From assembly GCA_011525685.1 (NCBI GenBank), contig WYBW01000049.1, forward strand, positions 40,280 through 104,279: 64,000 bases of DNA, given 5' to 3'. The number at the start of each line of letters is the position of its first letter. Within the stretch, counting starts at the first letter, position 1. Position numbers and translations under genes: made by a program. The notes beneath the pieces are model-generated. The model worked only from the letters and a program-made list of their open reading frames with translations, was not told where the DNA came from and did not search any database. Positions 31,131 to 40,843 of the stretch are shown piece by piece. The stretch is from Verrucomicrobiia bacterium (GTDB taxonomy: Bacteria > Verrucomicrobiota > Verrucomicrobiia > Limisphaerales > JADLHS01).

Positions 31131-33233
31131 TCAAATCTTGGCGAGGGTTGAAGCATCGCGGGCTACCTGAAACACCGCGAGGCAAACCTGCGCCGTGGCC
31201 GGATCATTCAGGCAAAGCGCCCCCTCCCGGATGCGCGGATGCGGCTCGCCCTCCAGGCGCAGCGGAAAACGTTGTCTCAGCGAACGGGCGCAAGCTTGAG
31301 AGTCCTCATACCCTCCGGCTCGGAGCGTGACTCGATTGAGCAGCCGAAGCGAACCATGACAGCACTGGCAGGTCTGCCGCATCAACTCCACGAGCACTCG
31401 GCCCATGGTGTAGCGGGGATTGATTTCGACGACAGGCTTGAGCCGCGGTTGGCCGGCGGCGTCGCGATAGACGAACGCATCAATGCCCACCGGACCAAGA
31501 TAGTCCGCGCGACTCAGTTCGCGCTCCAACAACGCGAAAAGTCCGGCGTAAAGCTCGAGCAAGCGGCGGGAAACATCCGGCGGCTCATGGAACTGGGCCA
31601 CAACCTTGACCGGGATGCGGGTGTGGTGGTGCGGCTCGGCCCAGTTGCCTTGGTACTGACCTTTGGCGTCGTTGAGCAGACCTGTGTAGCCGCAAACTTT
31701 CAAGCCCGCGGACGTCAGCTCGAGTTGCACGGAAAAATCCACCAACCGCTCCAGCCAGGGCTCGATCACAAGCTGCTGTCCATTCGCAAGTTTCCTGGCC
31801 ATCCAACGGCGATGTGATTCGGGCAGTTCCGGCTCAAAAAGCCGGATGGCATTGCTGCCGGCCAGACCGATGGCTTGCTTGACGACGATCTGGTGATGGC
31901 CGCGTTTGCGAATGGACGCGATGGCCTCGAGCGCCTGGTCCAGCGAATCCGCGGCCACACCCACCTCAGCCTCGGTGCAGAGCCAGTTTGGAATGGCCGA
32001 TTGCGAAGCCAGGAAATGTCTGAGCAATTCCGCGCTCCAAGCTTTGGAGTAAAGCCGGGCAATGCCGGGGTTGAATCGCCGGGCGGCGGCGCGCTCCTCG
32101 GCCGTGACATTGGCAAACAGCGGCGACAGCAATTCCGCGCTGTCCGGTGACCACGCCCACGGCCGCAGCCGGCCCAGCTTGCGTGAACCCTTGCTCTCGA
32201 TGAAGTGCCCCAACTCTACAAACTCCGGCAGCGGAAACCCCGCCTGCTTGATGCCGCTGAGAAACTCCACCGAAGGCCGGCGCTCCACCAGCACGATGTC
32301 GTCCTGACGACAAAGGAATTGCGGCAGGTTCTCCAGGTCGCGCGCGAGTTGGGCCTGATGTTTTGCGGGGTTGAAACCTTTTCCCTCGGCGAGGTGCCCT
32401 TCGGCAAACGGATTGAACACGAACACGCCGGGCGTGCGGCCTTTCGATTGCGAGTACACGTCCAGCTCCGCAATGAACTGCGGATCGAAACCGGCGGCGC
32501 GGCGGCCCTCGACGTTCAGTGAGAAACCTTTGGCGCGCTGCGGTGAGAGCGGAAATCTCAATGTGCGGCAGAACGCTTCCCAGTCGGTTTCATTCGGGTT
32601 CTTCCAGCGGCGAAACCATTTGAGGCCATAAGCCACGTGGCCGATTTCGTCGCGGTAGATTTTTTCCAGCAGTCTGGCCGTGTCCGCGTCGCCCACTTTC
32701 TCGAAGCCGCGCGCGAAGTGACGGGCGAAGTCCAGATTGGCCTGCTCGAACGTGAGGCAAAGCCCGGCCACGTAATCAATCGGATTTTCCATCGGCGCGA
32801 CACAGCGCCAGAAGTAGCCGCTCACCGGCAACTCGCCAAACCGGATGCCGCACGCTTTCATGCGCTCGACATAGAGCCGGGTGTGATCCTGCTCGTCCTT
32901 GAGCGTTTGCAGCACCCCTTTGCGGAAGGCGGCGGGCGCGTCGGGGAATTTCAAGAGCACCAGCGCCATCAATTCGGTGGCGAGCAGTTCATGGTTGGCG
33001 AAGAAATGCAGCAACCGCCCCCGCTCACGCGCTTTTTCGAGGTGATGCAGTCCGGGGAACTCCGCCCTGCCGGTGCCATGCGGCTTGAACTGAAGTTCAC
33101 CCGGCCGGCCGGGAGCGGGCGGGGTGACCAGCGCCGGGCCGGGCCGTTCGTCTGTGATTTGGTCCGGGCACTGGAGTTTCTCTTCCAGCGTGGTCGCAAA
33201 CAACACGCGCTCGGCGAATTCACGAAGTTCCAT
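31131..33233 (-). CDS. Fusion protein: N-terminal ferritin-like diiron (DUF455/MiaE-like) domain plus C-terminal ATP-grasp-like domain
   Basis: The N-terminal half has two E-x-x-H motifs (EQDH, EIGH) plus upstream Glu residues, as in diiron-carboxylate proteins. The C-terminal half has IVVKQAIGLAGSNAI, LVIEPW and VVEINPRYTMG (E-x-N), as in ATP-grasp ligases. The start is taken at MELREF (33233). Confidence 0.7.
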   Translation of the reverse strand: MELREFAERVLFATTLEEKLQCPDQITDERPGPALVTPPAPGRPGELQFKPHGTGRAEFPGLHHLEKARERGRLLHFFANHELLATELMALVLLKFPDAPAAFRKGVLQTLKDEQDHTRLYVERMKACGIRFGELPVSGYFWRCVAPMENPIDYVAGLCLTFEQANLDFARHFARGFEKVGDADTARLLEKIYRDEIGHVAYGLKWFRRWKNPNETDWEAFCRTLRFPLSPQRAKGFSLNVEGRRAAGFDPQFIAELDVYSQSKGRTPGVFVFNPFAEGHLAEGKGFNPAKHQAQLARDLENLPQFLCRQDDIVLVERRPSVEFLSGIKQAGFPLPEFVELGHFIESKGSRKLGRLRPWAWSPDSAELLSPLFANVTAEERAAARRFNPGIARLYSKAWSAELLRHFLASQSAIPNWLCTEAEVGVAADSLDQALEAIASIRKRGHHQIVVKQAIGLAGSNAIRLFEPELPESHRRWMARKLANGQQLVIEPWLERLVDFSVQLELTSAGLKVCGYTGLLNDAKGQYQGNWAEPHHHTRIPVKVVAQFHEPPDVSRRLLELYAGLFALLERELSRADYLGPVGIDAFVYRDAAGQPRLKPVVEINPRYTMGRVLVELMRQTCQCCHGSLRLLNRVTLRAGGYEDSQACARSLRQRFPLRLEGEPHPRIREGALCLNDPATAQVCLAVFQVARDASTLAKI

Positions 33234-33347
33234 ACCGCAAACCCATTGTGCCCGACCTCGCCGGAATTGGCGAGGGTGGACAGGCGAAGATTCCCTGTGC
33301 AAAATGGCGGCAGCGTGACAACTGAAACCATTTCATTCGATTCCCCG

Positions 33348-33860
33348 ATGAGCGCCGTGTTGGAGGCCTTCCCCGGCGCGCAGCGGGCCTTGTTCCGCCG
33401 GTATCACATCGGCGGTTGCAGCAGTTGCGGGTTTCAACCCACCGAGACGCTGGCCCAGGTCTGCGCGCGCAATGGCAATCTCGACGTGGCCGAAGTGCTG
33501 GCGCACATCCGGTCCAGCCATGAGCAGGACGCCAAAATCCTGATCGAGCCAAGGGAGTTGGCCGAGTGGCGGAAACAAGACCCCTCACTGCGCCTCGTGG
33601 ACGTGCGGTCGCGCGAGGAGTTTGAAGCGGTGCATATCGAGGGTTCGCGGTTGCTGTCACAGGAGGTGATGCGGCAGATCATGGGCGAGGGATCGAACAC
33701 GCGACCGTTGGTGCTGGTGGATCATCAGGGCAAAACCGGTCTCGATGCCGCCGCCTATTTCCTGGGGCACGGTTTGCAGAACGTGCGGTGTCTGCGCGGC
33801 GGCATTGACGCCTGGGCGCGCGAGGTGGACACCGGGATGCGGCGGTACAAACTCGGATAG
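33348..33860 (+). CDS. CxxC redox-disulfide-like domain fused to a rhodanese-homology domain lacking the catalytic Cys
   Basis: N-terminal YHIGGCSSCGF. Rhodanese fold (LRLVDVRSREEFEAVHIEG ... GGIDAWA), but the active-site loop reads VDHQGKTG, with Asp where Cys is expected. An alternative GTG start is at 33315. Confidence 0.75.
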   Translation: MSAVLEAFPGAQRALFRRYHIGGCSSCGFQPTETLAQVCARNGNLDVAEVLAHIRSSHEQDAKILIEPRELAEWRKQDPSLRLVDVRSREEFEAVHIEGSRLLSQEVMRQIMGEGSNTRPLVLVDHQGKTGLDAAAYFLGHGLQNVRCLRGGIDAWAREVDTGMRRYKLG

Positions 33861-33880
33861 CCTGGATATTTCATAGACCT

Positions 33881-34021
33881 CTCATTAGCACCGGGCTTCA
33901 GGCCGGTGAGCCGAGGCGAGGATGCGTTGCAGCCGCTTCAGCGGCTTACATAGCGCGTGAAAAGCCGTTGAAACGGCTCATTCCCAGCGCTTCCACCGGG
34001 CTGAAGTCCGGTGCTAATGAG
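33881..34021. repeat. Palindromic repeat element, family F (CTCATTAGCACCGGGCTTCAGGCCGGTG termini)
   Basis: 28-bp terminal inverted repeats with 2-3 mismatches at 33881-33908 and 33994-34021, plus an internal hairpin GCCGTTGAAACGGC. Confidence 0.7.
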
Positions 34022-34164
34022 AACACGCGCACCGAGTGTGAAGTGTTCGGGTGAGGAGGGTTCAATCCGGAGACTCGGCTGTCCGCTTGCGAAGCGGCTT
34101 ACCACCACGACTCGGATGACAGCGTGTCCACTGGCCAAGCTGAATTCTCAGCGGCCTCAGGGGT

Positions 34165-35610
34165 TCAGTTCGGCTCAGTCACCCGTCCGGGCGGGCGCAC
34201 GCCCCGGCCTTGGCGACCGGTCAGCGTGTCACCCAATTCGGCGCGAGCGGTTTCAGCCGAGGCCAGCAGGCGCTCGACGATTTCCGGATGCCGGGCGGCG
34301 ACGTTGGTTCGCTCCGGGATGTCGCGTTTGAGGTCGTAGAGTTCGAGTCCGGACAGCTTTGCCTGTTCGTATTTGGCCGGAATGCCGTTCTGGCCGCCGG
34401 GACGTCCGGCGAGAGTGCGGTAGCTGTGGGGCAGATAAAGTTTCCACCGGCCGTCACCGCTTGTCACCGCCTGGAGCTGGTTGTCCTGGAAGTAATAGAA
34501 GTAGGCCTCGTGCGGATTTCTTGCGCCCTTCTGTCCGGAGATCAACGGCCACACATCGCGGCCATCAATCGGGTGCGGCGGCAGTTCCGCGCCGACGAGC
34601 CGGGCCAGCGTGGGAAACAGATCAATGGACATCAACATGGCGTCGCTGGTTCTGCCGGCGGGGATTCTTCCCGGCCAGCGCATGAGACAGGGCACGCGCG
34701 TGCCGCCCTCCCAACTGGTGCCCTTGCCTTCGCGCAACGGAGCGGCGGACCCGGCGTGGTTGCCGTAACTGAGCCACGGTCCGTTGTCGCTGGTGAAAAT
34801 CACCAGCGTGCGCTCCTCGAGTCGGTGCCGCCGGAGGGCCCGGAGGATTTCACCGACGCTCCAGTCAATCTCCATGATCACATCCCCGTAAAGTCCCTGT
34901 TTGGATTTGCCCTTGAACTTGTCGCTTACGAAGAGCGGCACGTGCGGCATCGAGTGGGCGAGGTAAAAAAAGAACGGCCGGTCCTGGTTCCGCTCGATGA
35001 ACTGCACCGCGCGCTCGGTGTACCACGTCGTGAGGTTGGCCTGGGTGGTCGGGGTGACCTCGGGGTCAATCACCCGCTCGCCTTCGATCAAGGGCAGCGG
35101 CGGATAGGTGCCGGGCCGCGCCTCCGGATGGTGCGGCCACATGTCGTTCGAGTACGGCAGGCCGAAGTATTCGTCGAAACCGTGGCGTAAGGGCAGAAAC
35201 GCGGCCGGCCGGCCCAGATGCCACTTGCCCGCCATCCCGGTGACATACCCCTTCTGCTTGAGCAACTCGGCGAGGGTCACTTCTTCATCATGCAGACCGT
35301 GCCGCGCCGCCGGGCCAAGGGCGCCATGGATGCCGATGCGATTGGGATAGCATCCGGTCAACAGCGCCGCGCGCGAGGCGGAACACACCGGCTGGGCGAC
35401 GTGGAAGTTGGTGAACTTGGTGCCCTGCTTCGCCAGCCGGTCCAGGTTCGGAGTCTTGAATCCCTTTGCGCCGAACACGCCGACGTCGGCGTAACCCTGA
35501 TCGTCGGTGAAAATGATGACAATGTTCGGCAGCGAGGACGCGAGAGCGGGGGTGATGGAAACGACTGCGGCGACCAGGCAGGCCAGCAACCGGAAAGACG
35601 GCGTATTCAT
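34165..35610 (-). CDS. Secreted arylsulfatase-family (formylglycine-dependent) sulfatase
   Basis: Signal peptide, [11 protein letters not shown], and the FGly motif [11 protein letters not shown] (C-x-A-x-R). Confidence 0.9.
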   Translation of the reverse strand: MNTPSFRLLACLVAAVVSITPALASSLPNIVIIFTDDQGYADVGVFGAKGFKTPNLDRLAKQGTKFTNFHVAQPVCSASRAALLTGCYPNRIGIHGALGPAARHGLHDEEVTLAELLKQKGYVTGMAGKWHLGRPAAFLPLRHGFDEYFGLPYSNDMWPHHPEARPGTYPPLPLIEGERVIDPEVTPTTQANLTTWYTERAVQFIERNQDRPFFFYLAHSMPHVPLFVSDKFKGKSKQGLYGDVIMEIDWSVGEILRALRRHRLEERTLVIFTSDNGPWLSYGNHAGSAAPLREGKGTSWEGGTRVPCLMRWPGRIPAGRTSDAMLMSIDLFPTLARLVGAELPPHPIDGRDVWPLISGQKGARNPHEAYFYYFQDNQLQAVTSGDGRWKLYLPHSYRTLAGRPGGQNGIPAKYEQAKLSGLELYDLKRDIPERTNVAARHPEIVERLLASAETARAELGDTLTGRQGRGVRPPGRVTEPN

Positions 35611-35708
35611 GCCGGCAAACGTAGCAGGGGCGTCGTGGAGGCAAAAACCGATTTTGCGCGGCCGCCTCGCCGCCCGGTCTAAGTTTTTGCCACCCGGCGG
35701 ATCTCGCT

Positions 35709-35763
35709 GCGTAACGCCGACTTTCCAGTCGGCGACTGGCCGGTTGGAAAACCGGCGTTACCC
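35709..35763. repeat. Short palindromic repeat, family E (TAACGCCGACTTTCCAGTCGGCG...CCGGTTGGAAAACCGGCGTTA)
   Basis: Two adjacent hairpins bounded by TAACGCCG / CGGCGTTA. A related copy is at 56812-56863. Confidence 0.55.
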
Positions 35764-35787
35764 TCACGACTCGGTGGGCGACCTCGG

Positions 35788-36684
35788 GTGCAATTGAAAG
35801 TGACGGCCCATTGGAGTGGTGGTAGTGCTCGCGCTGCGAGCACTCCGCCCGCGCAGAGCGGGCGGAACGTCGCCGTCAGGGCAGCGCCGCCGCACGCACC
35901 GCCACGGCTCGCAGCGCAAGCCGTTCCACCCCAGCGACCACCACGTTCGATCTCACCAGCCAATCTCGCGAACATTGACTGTGCGACCAGTTCGGAGGTA
36001 AGCTTCGCCCATGCTCCACTCGACCGCGTCACCACCAGGGTGGACGCCGTGGGCACCACCACCTACGCCTGCACCGCCGGCGGGCAACTCTGGACGGAGG
36101 ATGGTCCGTTCAACAACGACACCGTGACGAACTCGTACACGTCCCGGTTGCGCACCGGCCTGGCGTTGCAACAACCCGCCGGCCTGTGGACCAACGGCTT
36201 TTGGTACGATTACGCCAATCGCCTCACCAACGTGACCTCACCCGCCGGAGTGTTCAGCTACCAGTTGGTGGGACAGGCGTCCCGCCTGTCCAAACTCACG
36301 CTCCCCAACACCAGCTACATCACGAACACCTACGACTCGGTGGCCCGCCTCACCGGCACGTGGCTCAAGAACAGCAGCCACACCACGCTCAACGCTCATC
36401 AACACACCTACAACTCCGGGAATCAGCGCACCAAACACACGCGCCCGGACAACAGCCATCTGACGTTCAGCTACGACCCCATCGGCCAGTTGACCATCGT
36501 GCGGGCGACCAACTCGGGCGGCACGCTCCTCACCGCCGCGACCAAGGGCTACGCCAACGACGCCGCCTGGAATCTCAATCGCCGCACCAACAACAGCAGC
36601 GGCTCGACGCACACGTTCAATGTTGCCCTCTTGCCGCATCATCCTTGCGCATGCCCAGGTCGCACGGCGCCCGGTTCAGGCTGA
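35788..36684 (+). pseudogene. Orphan RHS/YD-repeat fragment with no N-terminal domain, no RHS core end and no toxin tip
   Basis: YD-type repeats: GFWYDYANRLTNVTSP, TNTYDSVARLTG, TFSYDPIGQLT. The first ~70 codons are low-complexity Ala/Pro-rich with no credible start context. About 200 aa of repeats is far shorter than a functional RHS protein. Confidence 0.55.
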
Positions 36685-36728
36685 TTTTTAGTCTTTGAAG
36701 CCTTCCGCGCAGACCCTAACTTGCCCGC

Positions 36729-37415
36729 ATGAAACACGCGGGCAAAGCCCGGAAAGCCGCGCTCAAGATCCTCCTGCTGTCCCTGGCAGCGGTGCTGGCT
36801 CTCTTGCTGGTGGCCTGGCTGGCCCGGACGACGGCGGCGTTGGTCCCGGCTCTCACGGCGACTTTGGCGGTTTTGTGGGTCCTGTTCGCGGCCTTCACAA
36901 TCAACTTCTTCCGTGACCCGGAGGCCCGAGTGCCATCGGGCAAGGGTTTGGTGGTGTCCCCCGCGCATGGCACGGTGGACGTGGTGGATGAAACGACCGA
37001 GAACGAGTTCATGGGCGGCCGCTGCAAACGCATTTCCATCTTCCTGTCGGTCTTGGACGTTCACGTGCAGAACGCGCCCGTCAGCGGCAAGCTGGTGTTT
37101 CACAAACATCAAGACGGCCAGTATCTGAGCGCCACCCGGACCGATTGCGGCTCGTTCAATGAAAATGTCCTGCTCGGCATCGTCCCATCGGAGTTTCCGC
37201 AAAAGAAAATTGGCATCCGTCTGATCGCGGGATTGATCGCGCGGCGCATCGTCGTCTGGGCGGCGGCGGGCGAGGAGGTGGCGCAGGGGGAACGCATCAG
37301 CCTGGTGCAATTCGGCTCGCGCGGTGACGTTTACCTGCCGCTGGACGCCAAGCTCGAGTGCAAGCTGGGCGACAAAGTGGTCGGTGGGGAAACCGTGATT
37401 GCCACCCTCTCGTAA
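36729..37415 (+). CDS. psd: Phosphatidylserine decarboxylase (short, membrane-anchored type)
   Basis: SIFLSVLDVHVQNAPVSG and the self-cleavage region VQFGSRGD. It is followed by pssA. Confidence 0.85.
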   Translation: MKHAGKARKAALKILLLSLAAVLALLLVAWLARTTAALVPALTATLAVLWVLFAAFTINFFRDPEARVPSGKGLVVSPAHGTVDVVDETTENEFMGGRCKRISIFLSVLDVHVQNAPVSGKLVFHKHQDGQYLSATRTDCGSFNENVLLGIVPSEFPQKKIGIRLIAGLIARRIVVWAAAGEEVAQGERISLVQFGSRGDVYLPLDAKLECKLGDKVVGGETVIATLS

Positions 37416-37425
37416 GGTTCAGCCC

Positions 37426-38292
37426 ATGAGCGCCAATCCTTCGCCGACGCCACCCAATTCCGGGGCGAACGGGGACGCCCGGCTGCGGATTTACTTTCTG
37501 CCGAACCTGCTCACCGCGGGCAACCTGTTCTGCGGTTTTGTGGCGTTGACGAAGATCGTGGAAGCGGACCTGTCGCGCGGTTTCGTGGACATCCGCGTGG
37601 CCTTGGGCTTCATCCTGCTGGCCTGCATTTTTGATTTGTTCGACGGACGGGTGGCGCGGATGGGCGGCGTGGAAAGCCCCTTCGGCCGGGAGTTCGACTC
37701 GTTGGCGGACCTGATCTCCTTCGGGGTGGCGCCGGCGTTTCTGGTTTACAAGGTGGTGCTGGCGGACGTGTTCAGCAGTCATCCCCAGGTAGGTTGGTTC
37801 ATTGCCTCGGCCTACCTGCTGTGCGGCGCGTTCCGGTTGGCGCGCTTCAACTGTCTCTCGGTCATGTCCGGCGGCGGCGGCAGCAAGGAGTTTCTCGGGT
37901 TCCCGATTCCTTCGGCCGCGGGTTTGGTGGCGTCGCTCACGCTGCTGGTGATTCACCTCAACGAGAACGAGCGCACCCTGGGCGCGTGGAAATACCTGCC
38001 GGCCATCGTGCTGGTCTTCCTCTCCGCGATGATGGTCAGCACGGTGCGTTATCCGAGTTTCAAGTCGCTGGGTCTGCGCTCGACCAGCACGTTCATCAAG
38101 GCGATTGGCGCGGCATTGTTCGTGGGCTGCCTGCTCATTCTGCGCGAGAAGATTTTGTATTACGTGCTGCCGGCGTTCTTCACCCTTTATCTGATCTACG
38201 GCTTCGTGCGACCCCGCATTTCGCGGGCGTTGCGCCGCGAGATCGAGGAGGAGGACGACGAGGAGGAGAACGAGCCGGCGCCCCCCGCTTGA
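37426..38292 (+). CDS. pssA: CDP-diacylglycerol--serine O-phosphatidyltransferase
   Basis: CDP-alcohol phosphatidyltransferase motif DGRVAR-x8-G-x3-D-x3-D (DLFDGRVARMGGVESPFGREFDSLADL). An alternative start is at 37399. Confidence 0.85.
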   Translation: MSANPSPTPPNSGANGDARLRIYFLPNLLTAGNLFCGFVALTKIVEADLSRGFVDIRVALGFILLACIFDLFDGRVARMGGVESPFGREFDSLADLISFGVAPAFLVYKVVLADVFSSHPQVGWFIASAYLLCGAFRLARFNCLSVMSGGGGSKEFLGFPIPSAAGLVASLTLLVIHLNENERTLGAWKYLPAIVLVFLSAMMVSTVRYPSFKSLGLRSTSTFIKAIGAALFVGCLLILREKILYYVLPAFFTLYLIYGFVRPRISRALRREIEEEDDEEENEPAPPA

Positions 38293-38296
38293 GCGC

Positions 38297-38986
38297 ATGT
38301 TGGACCTGCCGCCCATGGTTCTCGCCGGGTTGACCGGTTTCATCAGCGGCGTGCTGCTCTGCATCCCGGTCGGCCCGGTCAACTTCACGATCATCAACGA
38401 GGGCGCCCGGCGGGGTTTCAAGTGGGCGCTCCTGATCGGCGCGGGGGCGACCACGATGGAGATCATCTATTGCGGCATCGCGTTCACCGGCTTCGCCGCG
38501 TTCTTCCAGAAAGGCTGGATCAAGGCCTCGATGGAAGTGTTCAGTTTCCTGTTCCTGATGTTTCTCGGCGTCAAGTTTCTGGTTGCCAAGACCGTCACCG
38601 CGCCGCTGCACCTGGGCCGCGCCGCCGACCGCATCGAGGAGCGCATCGAGGAAAAGCTGCACCCGCACTCGGCATTCATGACCGGCTTTGTGCGGACGCT
38701 GGCCAATCCGGGGGTGCTGCTGGGCTGGATCATTCTGGGCGCCAATTTCATCTCGCGCGGCTGGGTGGAGCCGACTTGGAACGGCAAACTCGCCTGCCTG
38801 AGCGGCGTGGCGACGGGGATTGCCCTGTGGTTCTTTGGATTGAGCTGGGCGATTTCACTGGGCCACAAAAAGATCACCGAGCCGACGATTTTGAAAATGG
38901 AACGCGGTTCGGGCGTGGTGCTGCTGGTCCTGGGTCTGGCCCACGGCGCCCACATTGCCTGGCAATTGGCGAAGCTTCGGATGTGA
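38297..38986 (+). CDS. LysE/RhtB-family amino-acid exporter
   Basis: Six hydrophobic segments and the N-terminal IPVGPVNFTIINEG motif region typical of LysE translocators. Confidence 0.75.
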   Translation: MLDLPPMVLAGLTGFISGVLLCIPVGPVNFTIINEGARRGFKWALLIGAGATTMEIIYCGIAFTGFAAFFQKGWIKASMEVFSFLFLMFLGVKFLVAKTVTAPLHLGRAADRIEERIEEKLHPHSAFMTGFVRTLANPGVLLGWIILGANFISRGWVEPTWNGKLACLSGVATGIALWFFGLSWAISLGHKKITEPTILKMERGSGVVLLVLGLAHGAHIAWQLAKLRM

Positions 38987-39014
38987 GCCACCCCGAGGCT
39001 GCCGCCGAATGGGC

Positions 39015-39632
39015 TCACGTTTTCGGGGGTTCAGACCGAAAGCGACCGCCAAGGGCCTTCTGCCACCGGCGAAGCACACCGACCACGACCGCGTCGGCGC
39101 GACGGTGAAACACACCGACCACGGAATCCCCGCGCGCGAGCGACAGCTTGAGGCTCCACACGAAGACCGTGAGGAACACCAGTTTGTTCTGCCAGCCGTC
39201 CAGCCGCCATTGGTCCTTCCAGATCCACATCGGGTCCTTGTCAAACGGACCGAAATAGAAAATGGGCCAGAGGTCCTCGGGTGACGGTCCGCGCGAGCCG
39301 ATGAAATCGCAGAAGAGATGCAGATGGAAGACGAGGAGCACGAGAATCGCCACGCGCCACCGTTGTCTTGCAAAGAGCGTGAGCAGCAGCGTGATCGCCA
39401 TCGCGCCGAAAGCGCCGTGCAGTAGGTAATGATGATACTGATGGTAGAAGTGAGTCTGTCTGCCGCCCAGCACCGGGCCGAGGATGTCGAGGACAAGCCC
39501 CAACCCGTCCACGTCAGGCAGGATGCCCGCCAGCGCGACGAGCCGGCAATCGCGCGGATTGTCGGTCGCCTTCGCGGCGATCACCCAACTGGTGAACAAA
39601 TGAGTCAGAGGCGACACGGGCTTTGAATCCAA
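39015..39632 (-). CDS. Membrane-bound metal-dependent hydrolase family protein (DUF457/YdjM-like)
   Basis: PLTHLFTSW near the N-terminus, His-rich loops (HFYHQYHHYLLHG, HLHLFCD) and several TM segments. Confidence 0.6.
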   Translation of the reverse strand: MDSKPVSPLTHLFTSWVIAAKATDNPRDCRLVALAGILPDVDGLGLVLDILGPVLGGRQTHFYHQYHHYLLHGAFGAMAITLLLTLFARQRWRVAILVLLVFHLHLFCDFIGSRGPSPEDLWPIFYFGPFDKDPMWIWKDQWRLDGWQNKLVFLTVFVWSLKLSLARGDSVVGVFHRRADAVVVGVLRRWQKALGGRFRSEPPKT

Positions 39633-39711
39633 GCATCAATGGTTGTGGTCTGTGTGTCACGGCGATTTGAGCGGTTAAAAGCGTCATGGGGCGCTTCTTC
39701 ACCGAAACACC

Positions 39712-39845
39712 GTAGCGCAGGATTCCATCCTGCTGGATCGCGGGTTTCCAACCGGCGAACCGTTGCCAGCGGCGGCGTTTGCGTGCGTTGGGTCGGTCTG
39801 CCGAGTGGAATTCGGCGATACGGCAGGTTGGGATGACTGCGCTAC
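39712..39845. repeat. Palindromic repeat element, family A, intergenic copy
   Basis: GTAGCGCAGGATTCCATCCTGCTG ... GCCGAGTGGAATTCGGCGATACGGCAGGTTGGGATGACTGCGCTAC. Confidence 0.65.
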
Positions 39846-39917
39846 CAACCAGCAGTTGCGGCGACTGGGTGGTTGCGTCCAGATGCGCTAAACATCGCGT
39901 TCGCACGGCGCTCGAGT

Positions 39918-40688
39918 TCACTTTCTCCGCAGGTCCGCCAGGAAGGGCAGTCCCTCGCGATACTTGCGCAGAGTTGCCAGATCGAGTTCCGCCCGGATGA
40001 CCCCTTCGCGGTCGCCCGCGTCCGTGATGATCTCGCCCTGGGGATCAATGATCAGCGAGCGTCCGGGATAGGCATAAAACGGATCGCTGCCGACGCGGTT
40101 GACACCCACCACATAGGCCTGGTTTTCGATGGCGCGGGCTTGCAGCAGGCGAACCCAGTGATGAATCCGCTTCTCCGGCCAGTTGGCGATCACGGTAAAA
40201 AGCTCGGGCTGATACGTCGCCGCCACCTCGCGAAAACTCTCCGGAAAGCGCAGATCGTAACAAACGAACGGCGACACCTGGCAGTCAATCCACCGGAAGG
40301 CCGTGGGCTGTTCCCCCGCCGTGTAATGGTCGGTTTCGCCACCCGGTGTGAAGGGATGCATTTTGGTATAAGTCCCGATCAATTCTCCTGCGGGTGAAAA
40401 TGCCAGCGCCTGGTTTCGCGCCCGGCCGTCGTGACCGCGCCTGGCCGCGCCGGCGATCAGGAATACGCCAAAGGCTATGGCGGTGTTGGCGAGAAATTGC
40501 TGCGTCGGCCCCTCGCCAAGCTCGGCGATGGTGTCCACATTCATGCTGAAGCCGGTGGCGAACATTTCCGGCAGAACGACGAGCGAATCTCTGGGCGGCT
40601 TGGCTTGCGCGATCAATCCGCGCACTTTCTCGAAGTTCGCCGGCTTGTTTTCCCAAGCAATGTCGAACTGAAGGGCAATGACGTTCAC
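39918..40688 (-). CDS. Carbon-nitrogen hydrolase (nitrilase superfamily)
   Basis: Catalytic-triad contexts LVVLPEMF (Glu), YTKMHPF (Lys) and FVCYDLRFPE (Cys). Confidence 0.85.
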   Translation of the reverse strand: MNVIALQFDIAWENKPANFEKVRGLIAQAKPPRDSLVVLPEMFATGFSMNVDTIAELGEGPTQQFLANTAIAFGVFLIAGAARRGHDGRARNQALAFSPAGELIGTYTKMHPFTPGGETDHYTAGEQPTAFRWIDCQVSPFVCYDLRFPESFREVAATYQPELFTVIANWPEKRIHHWVRLLQARAIENQAYVVGVNRVGSDPFYAYPGRSLIIDPQGEIITDAGDREGVIRAELDLATLRKYREGLPFLADLRRK

Positions 40689-40843
40689 GCGCCGAGGTTA
40701 GTTCGAGAGCCGGGCGGAGACGAGTTGGAAAAGGGGCAGTGGCTGTGACTCCGCAAGCCTCACACACGTGTTGAGAGATGCTCCAACGTGAGCGTCGGAA
40801 GCCGCAGGCTTGCACCTGGTTTTGCAAGTGGTACGCTCCGCGC

